A DNA stretch of 64,000 nt from contig CAXXIA010000002.1 in NCBI GenBank assembly GCA_963666985.2, forward strand, positions 960,001 to 1,024,000, given 5' to 3'. The notes under the pieces were generated by a model that worked only from the letters and a program-made list of their open reading frames with translations, did not search any database and was not told the DNA's origin. This DNA comes from Spirochaetia bacterium (GTDB lineage: Bacteria > Spirochaetota > Spirochaetia > DSM-2461). The number at the start of each line of letters is the position of its first letter. The first letter of the stretch is position 1. Below, in pieces: positions 6,999 through 15,187 of this stretch. Made by a program: the position numbers and the translations under genes.

Positions 6999-9521
6999 AT
7001 GTTTGGACACACAAAAAAAATAGACTACGAACTCGAAGCGGCGTTTAAAGAAGAAACGCGGGAGAGAATCGCACGGGAAACACGTCGTGGCGTCTTGGCC
7101 ACTTTTTTCATGTACCCGGTCTTCATACCCCTGGACTACCTTGTCTATCCGGATTTGGCACCCACTTTTATGTGGATCAGACTTACGGTCGTCGCTTTAA
7201 GTATCGGCGTACATTTCTTAATGAGACTCCCCTTTCCAGAAAAACACGCACGGCTGTTTGGAATTTTCTCTTATCTCTACTGTACGCTCGCGATCGTGCT
7301 GATGGTTCACCTCGTTGACGGATATGCGAGTCCGTACTACGCCGGAATCAACCTCGTTCTTATTTGCCTACTTTTCATTCTCCCGATGAATGTTAAGGAG
7401 ACAGCTTTTGTCATGGCCGTTGTCTATGCCGCTTACATCGTACCGATCCTCCTTAAAGGAGGGATTGTTGATACCCCTGCTTTCGCGGGCAACAACTTCT
7501 TCCTGATTTCTACAATGCTGCTTGCCATCTTGAGTTCCTATATGGCGACATCAATGAGACGGAAAGAATTTACATCACGATATGAACTTGCGCGAGCAAA
7601 CGAGGAACTCAAAAAACTGGACGTGGTAAAAAGCCAATTCTTCGCAAGCATCAGCCATGAAATCAGAACACCGTTAACATCCATCATGGCGCCGACCGAC
7701 AGCTTGCGCAGAGGTGATGTGGGGCTTCTTTCCACGTCACAGCAATCGCTTATCGACCAAGTGCACAGAAATGCGCTCCGCCTGCTCGATTTGATTAACC
7801 AAATGCTTGATTTCGCCAAATTCGATGCCGGAAAGATGACAATCCGTCTTAAGCGGGTTGATGTGATCAGGCTCATCCGAAACCAAGTGACTCTCTTTCG
7901 CGAAGTCTGCATCCGAAAAGGCCTTACGCTTGAATATGAAGTTTCACAAGAAATACCGATTGTCTTCCTTGATCAGGAAAAGCTGGATCGAATCGTTTCC
8001 AACCTGATTCGCAACGCCATCAAATTCACGGAAGAAGGCGGTATTACAATAAAAATCAGCGCCGAAGAGACGCCCGCTCCCGGATGGATAACGATACAAG
8101 TCCTGGATACCGGAATAGGAATTGCGGCCGATAATCTGGAGAAAATCTTCAATCATTTCCAGCAGGTTGACGGTTCAACGACACGGCGTTACGAAGGAAC
8201 GGGTTTGGGGCTGGCCATTGTCAGGGAATCGGTTGAGCTTCAGCACGGGCGAACCAGTGTGAACAGCGAAGTCGACAAGGGGAGCAGATTCACGGTTCAG
8301 CTTCCCATGAACCTCGATGAACTGGAGCCGGAAGCGGAGATTGACAGACGGGCGGTTGACCGGCGCCGGGAGGAACAAAGCTTCGACGGTAAGGAGAGAA
8401 GAAAAGCTCCCCGCCGTGATGAAGACGGCAAGATTACCATAAGCGATCTTGCGATGCTCGAAACCGAACTGGTTCCGGACGAAGATGTCGTTATTGAAGA
8501 ATTCCCGCAAAGCAGACCGTCCACGGGTATCCGTGTTCTTTATGTTGAAGACAATTCGGATCTGCGGCTTTACATAAGCCGTATGCTCGGCAGTTTCGGT
8601 CACTCGGTTTCTTTGGCCGTCAACGGACTTGACGGCTGGCAGAAAACCCAGGAAATCCTTCCCGATATTATCGTATCCGACGTGATGATGCCCGGAATGA
8701 ACGGGCTGAATCTGGCGCAATTGGTCAAGGCGACGGGTACGACACAAAAAATCCCGATCATCCTGATTACGGCGAAATCGGAAATTGATTCCCGAATTGA
8801 AGGGCTCGAAATCGGCGCCGACGACTATTTGGGCAAACCGATCAATATTCGCGAGCTCGATGCGCGGATCAGAAACATCGTCTCCGAGAGAAGATTCCGC
8901 GACGCCTTGAGTAAAGCCGAAGAAACCGAAGAGAGAATCAACCAATTGGCAATCGGCTTTTCGCGTTCGCTCGAACTGAGAGACGGATACACCGGCGGTC
9001 ATTCCGAAGATGTCCTTAATTTCGGAACAATCATCATCAAGGAACTCGGTATTCCCATGGACCAAACACTTCGTTTGTCTCTACTTATGCACGATATCGG
9101 TAAAATCGGGATTCCCGACAGCATCTTAAGAAAGCCGGCTCCGCTTACATCGCAAGAATGGAAAATCATGCGCAAACACCCGGAAATGGGTGCCGAACTG
9201 CTCAGCCAATTCGACTCACTTTCCGATATGGGCCTGATCATTCTTTCTCATCATGAACGATACGACGGAACCGGATACCCCCAGGGACTCTCGGGAGAAG
9301 ATATTCCGCTGGCGGCACGCATTATTGCCATAGCCGACGCTTGGCACGCAATGAGGGAAGACCGGACCTACCGAAAAGCCATACCTTTGGAGGATGCGGT
9401 AAACGAGCTGATCAGCAATCGAGGACGTCAGTTCGATCCGGTTATCGTTGATAGATTTCTCTGCGGCCTGGTACGGGAAGGTATAGTCCCTGAAAAAATG
9501 ATCAGTAAAACGTTAATATAA
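6999..9521 (+). CDS. PhcS-like multi-TM hybrid histidine kinase fused to REC and HD-GYP phosphodiesterase domains
   Basis: About 6 TM helices with SPYYAGINLV; H-box SHEIRTPL; NAIKFT, DTGIGI, GTGLGL; REC (VED, SDVMMP, TAK, KP); HD-GYP (HDIGK, HHERYDGTGYP, ADAWHAM, RTYR). Confidence 0.92.
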   Translation: MFGHTKKIDYELEAAFKEETRERIARETRRGVLATFFMYPVFIPLDYLVYPDLAPTFMWIRLTVVALSIGVHFLMRLPFPEKHARLFGIFSYLYCTLAIVLMVHLVDGYASPYYAGINLVLICLLFILPMNVKETAFVMAVVYAAYIVPILLKGGIVDTPAFAGNNFFLISTMLLAILSSYMATSMRRKEFTSRYELARANEELKKLDVVKSQFFASISHEIRTPLTSIMAPTDSLRRGDVGLLSTSQQSLIDQVHRNALRLLDLINQMLDFAKFDAGKMTIRLKRVDVIRLIRNQVTLFREVCIRKGLTLEYEVSQEIPIVFLDQEKLDRIVSNLIRNAIKFTEEGGITIKISAEETPAPGWITIQVLDTGIGIAADNLEKIFNHFQQVDGSTTRRYEGTGLGLAIVRESVELQHGRTSVNSEVDKGSRFTVQLPMNLDELEPEAEIDRRAVDRRREEQSFDGKERRKAPRRDEDGKITISDLAMLETELVPDEDVVIEEFPQSRPSTGIRVLYVEDNSDLRLYISRMLGSFGHSVSLAVNGLDGWQKTQEILPDIIVSDVMMPGMNGLNLAQLVKATGTTQKIPIILITAKSEIDSRIEGLEIGADDYLGKPINIRELDARIRNIVSERRFRDALSKAEETEERINQLAIGFSRSLELRDGYTGGHSEDVLNFGTIIIKELGIPMDQTLRLSLLMHDIGKIGIPDSILRKPAPLTSQEWKIMRKHPEMGAELLSQFDSLSDMGLIILSHHERYDGTGYPQGLSGEDIPLAARIIAIADAWHAMREDRTYRKAIPLEDAVNELISNRGRQFDPVIVDRFLCGLVREGIVPEKMISKTLI

Positions 9522-9600
9522 GAAGGCGTTATATCGATTTCCAAATCATTGGGCGAATATCGGGGAAACAATAACCTTAAAAGCCCAAAGACGGCTCATC

Positions 9601-11085
9601 CTATTCCATAGAGCCTTTCCCGGTAACGGAAGGTAAATAGACGGTGAATACGGAGCCTCGGCCCGTTTCGCTTTCCACTTCAATCCGTCCGCCGCAGAGG
9701 TCGATAATCTTTTTGACGATTGAAAGGCCCAAACCCAGACCCTTTCCGGAGCTATGCCTCGCTCCCTTGAAATATTTATCATATATTTTTGATATTTCCC
9801 CGTAAGGAATCCCATCCCCCGTATCGGAAACGGCGACTAACACTGATTCCCCGAATTGAGCAAGTTTCACCGATATCAGGCCTTTTTCCGGTGTATATCT
9901 GGCGGCATTGGCCAAAAGATTAATCCAAACCTGCTGAATAATATCCCGATTTCCATAATACATAACCGACGAGAGTTCCGACACGATTCTCAGATTCTTT
10001 TTCCGAATCTCCGGTTCCAGCATGATAATGCACTCCCGAAGCTGCTCGTCCAGTGAAAACGACGACTTACCGCTTAGCCACTGCTGTGATTCCAGTTTCG
10101 CCAAAAGCAGCGTGTTTCCGGCAAGATCCGACAGCCGCTGGGACTCGGATGCGATGATTTCAAGATACCGAATCTGCTCCTCCCTGGAATATTCCTCTTC
10201 CAGCATCAGGTTGGCGAATCCATTGATGGACATAATGGGTGTTCTGAATTCATGAGAAAACTGCCTGACGAAATCATCCCTGAGAGTCTTGATACCCCGA
10301 AGTTCCCGGCACATCCTGTTGAAAGTTTCAAAAATTTCCCGAAAAGGACCGGCTTCATCTTCATTAAGGGCGATGTTGAAGTCACCGGCGGCTATGCGGG
10401 AAATACCTCCCACCAGCATTGTGAAATAACGATTGGATCGCTTCAGAAAAAAGTAAATGAAACATCCAAAAACCAGCGCCATTGGAAAAATCATGCCGAC
10501 CGCGCCGACCGGATCGTAAGACTGTAAGCCGACAACCTTATAGGCAAAGAATTCCACCAGGGCGAAAACGCAGACCGAAGCGATTACCAGCACAACGGAA
10601 AGGAGAATCAGTCTTCTCCTCAGCCGCTGAGTGGTGCTTGGAATCCTCTCCGATTTTCCGCCGAACAGGATGGAATCGCCGTTATCAACTTTGATGACTC
10701 CGGAACCGGGACGAACCGAACCAAGACGCCGGCACATTCTGTTGAAATCACTGTAAATATCCCGGAAAGGTCCCTTTCCTTTGGGATTCAGTTCAACATT
10801 ATAGTCCCCTTCGGAGACACGGCGGATTCCCTTAAGCAGTTCGGAGACGGTTCCGTCCACTTGCCGGAGTCCCTTCCGGGTAATCACACCCAAAAGGATG
10901 CCCATGGGACCGATCATGCCGATACAGTCGATGGGATCGTACAGAGTCCGGCTGTCGAGGATTTCATAGACGAAAAACTCAACAAGGGCAAAGGAACAAA
11001 CGGAACAGACGACAATCATTACGGAGACCAATACAAGGTGACGTCTGACGGGTTTTATCGCCGAAGGAACCGTCGGTTTCTTCAC
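9601..11085 (-). CDS. HAMP sensor histidine kinase (HssS-like) with duplicated TM-TM-HAMP input module
   Basis: SHEFRTP H-box, NAARYT, DTGDGI, GLGLGLSI; two clearly homologous TM-HAMP repeats. Confidence 0.9.
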   Translation of the reverse strand: MKKPTVPSAIKPVRRHLVLVSVMIVVCSVCSFALVEFFVYEILDSRTLYDPIDCIGMIGPMGILLGVITRKGLRQVDGTVSELLKGIRRVSEGDYNVELNPKGKGPFRDIYSDFNRMCRRLGSVRPGSGVIKVDNGDSILFGGKSERIPSTTQRLRRRLILLSVVLVIASVCVFALVEFFAYKVVGLQSYDPVGAVGMIFPMALVFGCFIYFFLKRSNRYFTMLVGGISRIAAGDFNIALNEDEAGPFREIFETFNRMCRELRGIKTLRDDFVRQFSHEFRTPIMSINGFANLMLEEEYSREEQIRYLEIIASESQRLSDLAGNTLLLAKLESQQWLSGKSSFSLDEQLRECIIMLEPEIRKKNLRIVSELSSVMYYGNRDIIQQVWINLLANAARYTPEKGLISVKLAQFGESVLVAVSDTGDGIPYGEISKIYDKYFKGARHSSGKGLGLGLSIVKKIIDLCGGRIEVESETGRGSVFTVYLPSVTGKGSME

Positions 11086-11756
11086 CGGGCGCGGACCTCC
11101 GCCTTGTACCCCACACCTCTGACGGCGACTATGGAAATCTCATCCATATCCCGGAGCCGTCCTCTCAGGCGGCTGATATGGGTTTTAACCGTTTCCTCTC
11201 CGCTTTCCGAGCCGTCGCCCCAAACAGTGCTGAAAAGCTGATTTTTAGTAAAGATTCGTCCCGGTTCCGAGAGCAGCTTGGCCAAAAGGTCCGATTCTTT
11301 CTTCGGCAGAATATGGACCTCCCCGTCTTTCCTCAGTTCACAAGAGGTAAGATCCAGAACCGCGTCTCCTATGCTGATTTCCTGCCGGTCCTGTATCCGC
11401 GCCCTCCTGAGAAGTGCTTTTACCCGCCAGAGGAGCTCCTCTTTATTGAACGGTTTGGTAAGAAAGTCATCGGTTCCGCTGGAAAAACCGCTGCGCTTGG
11501 TATCGAAAGACTGATCGGCGGTAAGCATCAGTACCGGGATTGTCAAACCTTCTTCCCGAAGGGTTTTTACAAGAAGCAATCCGTCGATTCCCGGCATCAT
11601 GATGTCGGTTATAAGGAGGTCCACGGGATTCGCATCAAGAAAATCCTGGGCTTCCGCGCCGTCCCTTGCGGCCAGAACGGCATAATCCTTCCCAAGCTGC
11701 CGTTCCAGAAGCAGCCGCAAATTGTCGTCGTCCTCAGCAATCAGAAGGGTGGCCAC
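11082..11756 (-). CDS. OmpR-family response regulator (HssR-like)
   Basis: AEDD, DIMMP, GTDDFLTKPF, winged-helix end VRGVGYK; 4-bp overlap with the kinase. Confidence 0.93.
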   Translation of the reverse strand: MATLLIAEDDDNLRLLLERQLGKDYAVLAARDGAEAQDFLDANPVDLLITDIMMPGIDGLLLVKTLREEGLTIPVLMLTADQSFDTKRSGFSSGTDDFLTKPFNKEELLWRVKALLRRARIQDRQEISIGDAVLDLTSCELRKDGEVHILPKKESDLLAKLLSEPGRIFTKNQLFSTVWGDGSESGEETVKTHISRLRGRLRDMDEISIVAVRGVGYKAEVRAR

Positions 11757-11801
11757 CGGTTCAGTCCTCCGTGTTCCGGATTTTCCAATTATACATCAAG
11801 T

Positions 11802-12665
11802 TCAAGAGGCCTTACGATTTCGGAGTATTTTCAGATTTTCGGGACGGAGAAAGGCACTTTTATGATTTTTAATCATAACCTTACCGATCATACCGACAGC
11901 CTGACGGGGAAAAAGGCGATAAAGGAAATCCATAGCCTTCGAATCGCTGCCGATCAGCACCTTCGCTTTCTCTTTCATCACGCTTTTAAGAATTACGGCC
12001 GCGGCTTTTTCCGGTGAAGTAAGGGACATTCCGGCGGACTTTTTCTCTTCTTCAAGAGACCGAGATTCTTCTAATCCGGAGTTCTTTTTAATGTCGGTTT
12101 CTATGGCTCCGGGGAAAACCGCCGAAACACCGATCCCGACTCCCGCAAGTTCCTGCCTAAGAGCCTCCGTGGCGATTTTTACCGCCGCCTTTGAAGCTCC
12201 GTAGGCTCCCTGTCCGGCTACGGGGAGAAATCCGCCCATGCTCGATACATTGGAAATCCAGCCGCCGCCGTTATCCGCCAAAGAGGGAATGAACGCCCGG
12301 GCCATATTCAGCATTCCAAAGAAATTAATTTCAAAAAGCCGCCTGATAATCTGATCGTCAAGCTCATATATCGGAATAAACGGCTGAATGATTCCGGCAT
12401 TGTTAATCAGAACATCGATTCCGCCGAATCTCCTGATGATTTCATCCGGCAGTTTTAGAACTTTCTCATTGTCCGTAATGTCCGCGACATGAATCGATAA
12501 CCTGGTACGTTCGTTTCCCGCGGCCCGTACCGTTTCTTCCAGGGAACGAGGATTCAAGTCCACAGCGGCTACCATCGCTCCCATTTCGAGAGCCTGTATT
12601 ACAAGCTGTCTTCCAACGCCGCCGCCGGCTCCCGTAATAACAATGACTTTGTTTTCCAGTTTCAT
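11802..12665 (-). CDS. SDR family oxidoreductase
   Basis: TGAGGGVG, NNAG, YGASK motifs. Confidence 0.93.
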   Translation of the reverse strand: MKLENKVIVITGAGGGVGRQLVIQALEMGAMVAAVDLNPRSLEETVRAAGNERTRLSIHVADITDNEKVLKLPDEIIRRFGGIDVLINNAGIIQPFIPIYELDDQIIRRLFEINFFGMLNMARAFIPSLADNGGGWISNVSSMGGFLPVAGQGAYGASKAAVKIATEALRQELAGVGIGVSAVFPGAIETDIKKNSGLEESRSLEEEKKSAGMSLTSPEKAAAVILKSVMKEKAKVLIGSDSKAMDFLYRLFPRQAVGMIGKVMIKNHKSAFLRPENLKILRNRKAS

Positions 12666-12728
12666 ATTGGCTCCTTCGTAACATTTCGTCTGTTTCTTAT
12701 CTGTTTCACTCAGAACATACGAAGGAGA

Positions 12729-12746
12729 GGTAACATGAAAGTAAAC
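12729..12746 (-). promoter_or_regulatory. Candidate OmpR-type direct-repeat binding site upstream of the SDR-RR-HK operon
   Basis: Minus strand GTTTAC-tttca-TGTTAC (11-bp period), followed by a -10-like TATGTT. Confidence 0.4.
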
Positions 12747-12841
12747 TCCGGGAAAAAGCTCTCAACGGCGGCTATTTGATCGGATGAATTTTTCTTTTCA
12801 TCCGGTTCAATTTAGGCTGAAAATCAGCTGTTATTAAGGTT

Positions 12842-12876
12842 CTTTAAGCCGGGGATGATACCTTACCGGCTTAAAG
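12842..12876. terminator. Stem-loop downstream of glmS and the repeat array
   Basis: CTTTAAGCCGG ... CCGGCTTAAAG, 11-bp perfect arms. Confidence 0.55.
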
Positions 12877-12917
12877 TTTGAGTTCACCAGAAGCACCGCC
12901 GACGCACGAAACTCGGC

Positions 12918-13326
12918 TTACTCCACCGTCGCTGGTGCGGCGGTGTTCACTCGCTTAGGCCATGCCAAAATCCCTACGGGATTTAGTCGCGGCCCTCGAT
13001 AGCTGTGCTTTGTCTTTCGTCGGTTCGGAAATGCGCAAGCACAGCTTGTGCACTCCTCTCGCCTTCCTCGGCCATCACTCCACCGTCGCTGGTGCGGCGG
13101 TGTTCGCTCGCTTAGGCCATGCCCAAATCTCTACGGGATTTAGTCGCGGCCCTCGATAGCTGTGCTTTGTCTTTCGTCGGTTCGGAAATGCGCAAGCACA
13201 GCTTGTGCACTCCACTCGCCTTCCTCGGCCATCACTCCACCGTCGCTGGATCAGGCGGTGTTCACTCGCTCGGCCATGCCCAAATCTCTACGGGATTTAG
13301 TCGCGGCCCTCGCTCACTCCACCGTC
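12918..13326. repeat. Tandem array of about 2.5 copies of a 157-bp hairpin-rich unit, each delimited by the last 13 nt of glmS
   Basis: Core T(C/T)ACTCCACCGTC at 12918, 13075, 13232 and 13314; near-identical units; internal inverted repeats AAATCCC-TAC-GGGATTT and AGCTGTGCTT...AAGCACAGCT. Confidence 0.95.
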
Positions 13327-15137
13327 ACCGATTTTGCCAAATTCCTCGGCTGATCCACGTCCCGTCCCAGTTCCAAGGCGCAGTAATAGGCAAAAAGCTG
13401 GAGGGGAACGACCATCAGGAACGGATAAAACTTCTCGGCGATTCGGGGAATAAAGATGGCATCGTCGGCTATGGAGGCGGCTTCATCGTCGCCTTCAACG
13501 CACAAAGCGATTACAGGGCCTTTCCTGGCCTTGATTTCCTTCATATTGGAGATGACCTTCTCCCGAAGATGATCATCGGGCACCAGGAACATACTCGGCG
13601 TCTGTTCGTTGATGAGCGCGATGGGGCCGTGTTTGATTTCCGCGGCGCTGTAGCCTTCCGAATGAATGTAGGCGATTTCCTTAAGTTTTAAGGCGCCTTC
13701 CATCGCAACCGGATAATTGATGCCTCGTCCGAGGAAGAGGAAATCCTCGGCTTTGTAATACTTCTCTGCCAGTTTGCGGATGCTGTTTTCCTTCTCCAGG
13801 ATTTTCGCGATGGCTTGCGGAACGGATTTCAGCCCTTCGATAAAATCCTGCCCCTCGGGCCAGGCCATATGACGCATTCGAGCCATCTTCAATATAAAAA
13901 GATAAAGAGCCGCAACTTGACTTGTAAAGGCTTTGGTCGAGGCCACGGCGATCTCAGGCCCCGAATGGATATAGACGCCGCCGTCGGTTTCACGGGCGAT
14001 GGTGGATCCGACAACGTTGCAGATACCCAAAACCCGGGCACCCTTGCGCTTCAGCTCGCGAATAGCCATCAGCGTATCCAGAGTCTCACCGGATTGAGAG
14101 ACGGCAAAATAAAGCGTTCCCTCTTCAACAAGGGGATTCCGGTAGCGCAGCTCCGAAGCGAGTTCGGTTACGGCGGGAATGCGGGCCAGTGATTCCAGAA
14201 GATAGGCGGCCACGCATCCGGCATAGAAACTGGTTCCGGCGGCGATAATCACGACACGCTTCACTCCGAGAAGCTCCCGCTCGCTCATGTTCAAACCGCC
14301 GAGAACGGCCGTGGCCTGAACTTCATCAAAACGGCCGCTCATGGCTCGGGGAATGGAATCCGTCTGCTCATGGATTTCCTTGAGCATGTAATGGGGGTAA
14401 TCCCCTTTTTCCATCTCCTCGAGTTCCCAGGAGATGTTGTCCACGGTTTTATCCACGGGACGATTGCGCATGTCGGTTACTTGATAATCATGATGATCCA
14501 GACGAACGACTTCGCCGTCTTCGAAGTACACAACCTGCTTTGTATGGGCAATCATGGCGCTCACGTCGCTGGCAATGAACATTTCCCCGTCGCCGATGCC
14601 CAAAACCATGGGTGATCCGTTCCGTGCTCCGATGATTTCATCCGGATGATCGGCATGCATGACAAGGATTCCGTAGGTGCCCTTCAAAAGTGAAATGGCC
14701 TTCTGGACGGCGGCCAGCAAATCGCCCGAATAAAATGATTCGACCAGATGCGCGATGACTTCCGAATCGGTATCGGTGGCGAATTCATGGCCGTCGCCGA
14801 CAAGACGTTCCTTCAAACCGGTGTAATTCTCGATGATGCCGTTATGACAGATGGCAATTTTACCGCTGCAGTCGGTATGAGGATGAGCATTGATGTCGTT
14901 CACGCCGCCGTGGGTTGCCCAGCGCGTATGGCCGATACCCCAGTTGCCGGGAACATCCTTGGGAACAACGGCTTCAAGAGCATTGATTTTGCCTTCCTTT
15001 TTATACAAGAGAAGACGGCGCTCGGACCCGATGCTGATGCCGGCGGAATCATAACCTCGATATTCAAGCCTCTTCAAACCGGCCAGTAATACATCCGCGG
15101 CGCGACGGGGTCCGCAATATCCGATAATTCCGCACAT
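13314..15137 (-). CDS. glmS: Glutamine--fructose-6-phosphate aminotransferase
   Basis: Starts MCGIIG (GAGGAGG RBS); LEYRGYDSAG, GHTRWATHG, SQSGET; ends PRNLAKSVTVE. Confidence 0.99.
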   Translation of the reverse strand: MCGIIGYCGPRRAADVLLAGLKRLEYRGYDSAGISIGSERRLLLYKKEGKINALEAVVPKDVPGNWGIGHTRWATHGGVNDINAHPHTDCSGKIAICHNGIIENYTGLKERLVGDGHEFATDTDSEVIAHLVESFYSGDLLAAVQKAISLLKGTYGILVMHADHPDEIIGARNGSPMVLGIGDGEMFIASDVSAMIAHTKQVVYFEDGEVVRLDHHDYQVTDMRNRPVDKTVDNISWELEEMEKGDYPHYMLKEIHEQTDSIPRAMSGRFDEVQATAVLGGLNMSERELLGVKRVVIIAAGTSFYAGCVAAYLLESLARIPAVTELASELRYRNPLVEEGTLYFAVSQSGETLDTLMAIRELKRKGARVLGICNVVGSTIARETDGGVYIHSGPEIAVASTKAFTSQVAALYLFILKMARMRHMAWPEGQDFIEGLKSVPQAIAKILEKENSIRKLAEKYYKAEDFLFLGRGINYPVAMEGALKLKEIAYIHSEGYSAAEIKHGPIALINEQTPSMFLVPDDHLREKVISNMKEIKARKGPVIALCVEGDDEAASIADDAIFIPRIAEKFYPFLMVVPLQLFAYYCALELGRDVDQPRNLAKSVTVE

Positions 15138-15187
15138 ATTTTCAATCCTCCTCAAGGAAAACAAAACCGCAATTGGTAATAGGGAGC

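Noticed and set aside
6903..7010. Methyltransferase start at 7010 overlapping the kinase gene
   Set aside because: Would leave no promoter space; ATG 6902 has an RBS and starts at the PilZ-like motif
12918..13326. CRISPR array, integron attC array or Tn7 ends at glmS
   Set aside because: The intervening segments are near-identical rather than unique spacers; no cas or tns genes, no RYYYAAC/GTTRRRY boxes, no TGT...ACA ends with a 5-bp duplication
12962..13691. Plus-strand ORFs MPKSLRDLVAAL...
   Set aside because: By-products of the tandem repeat and antisense to glmS; the unit length of 157 is not a multiple of 3
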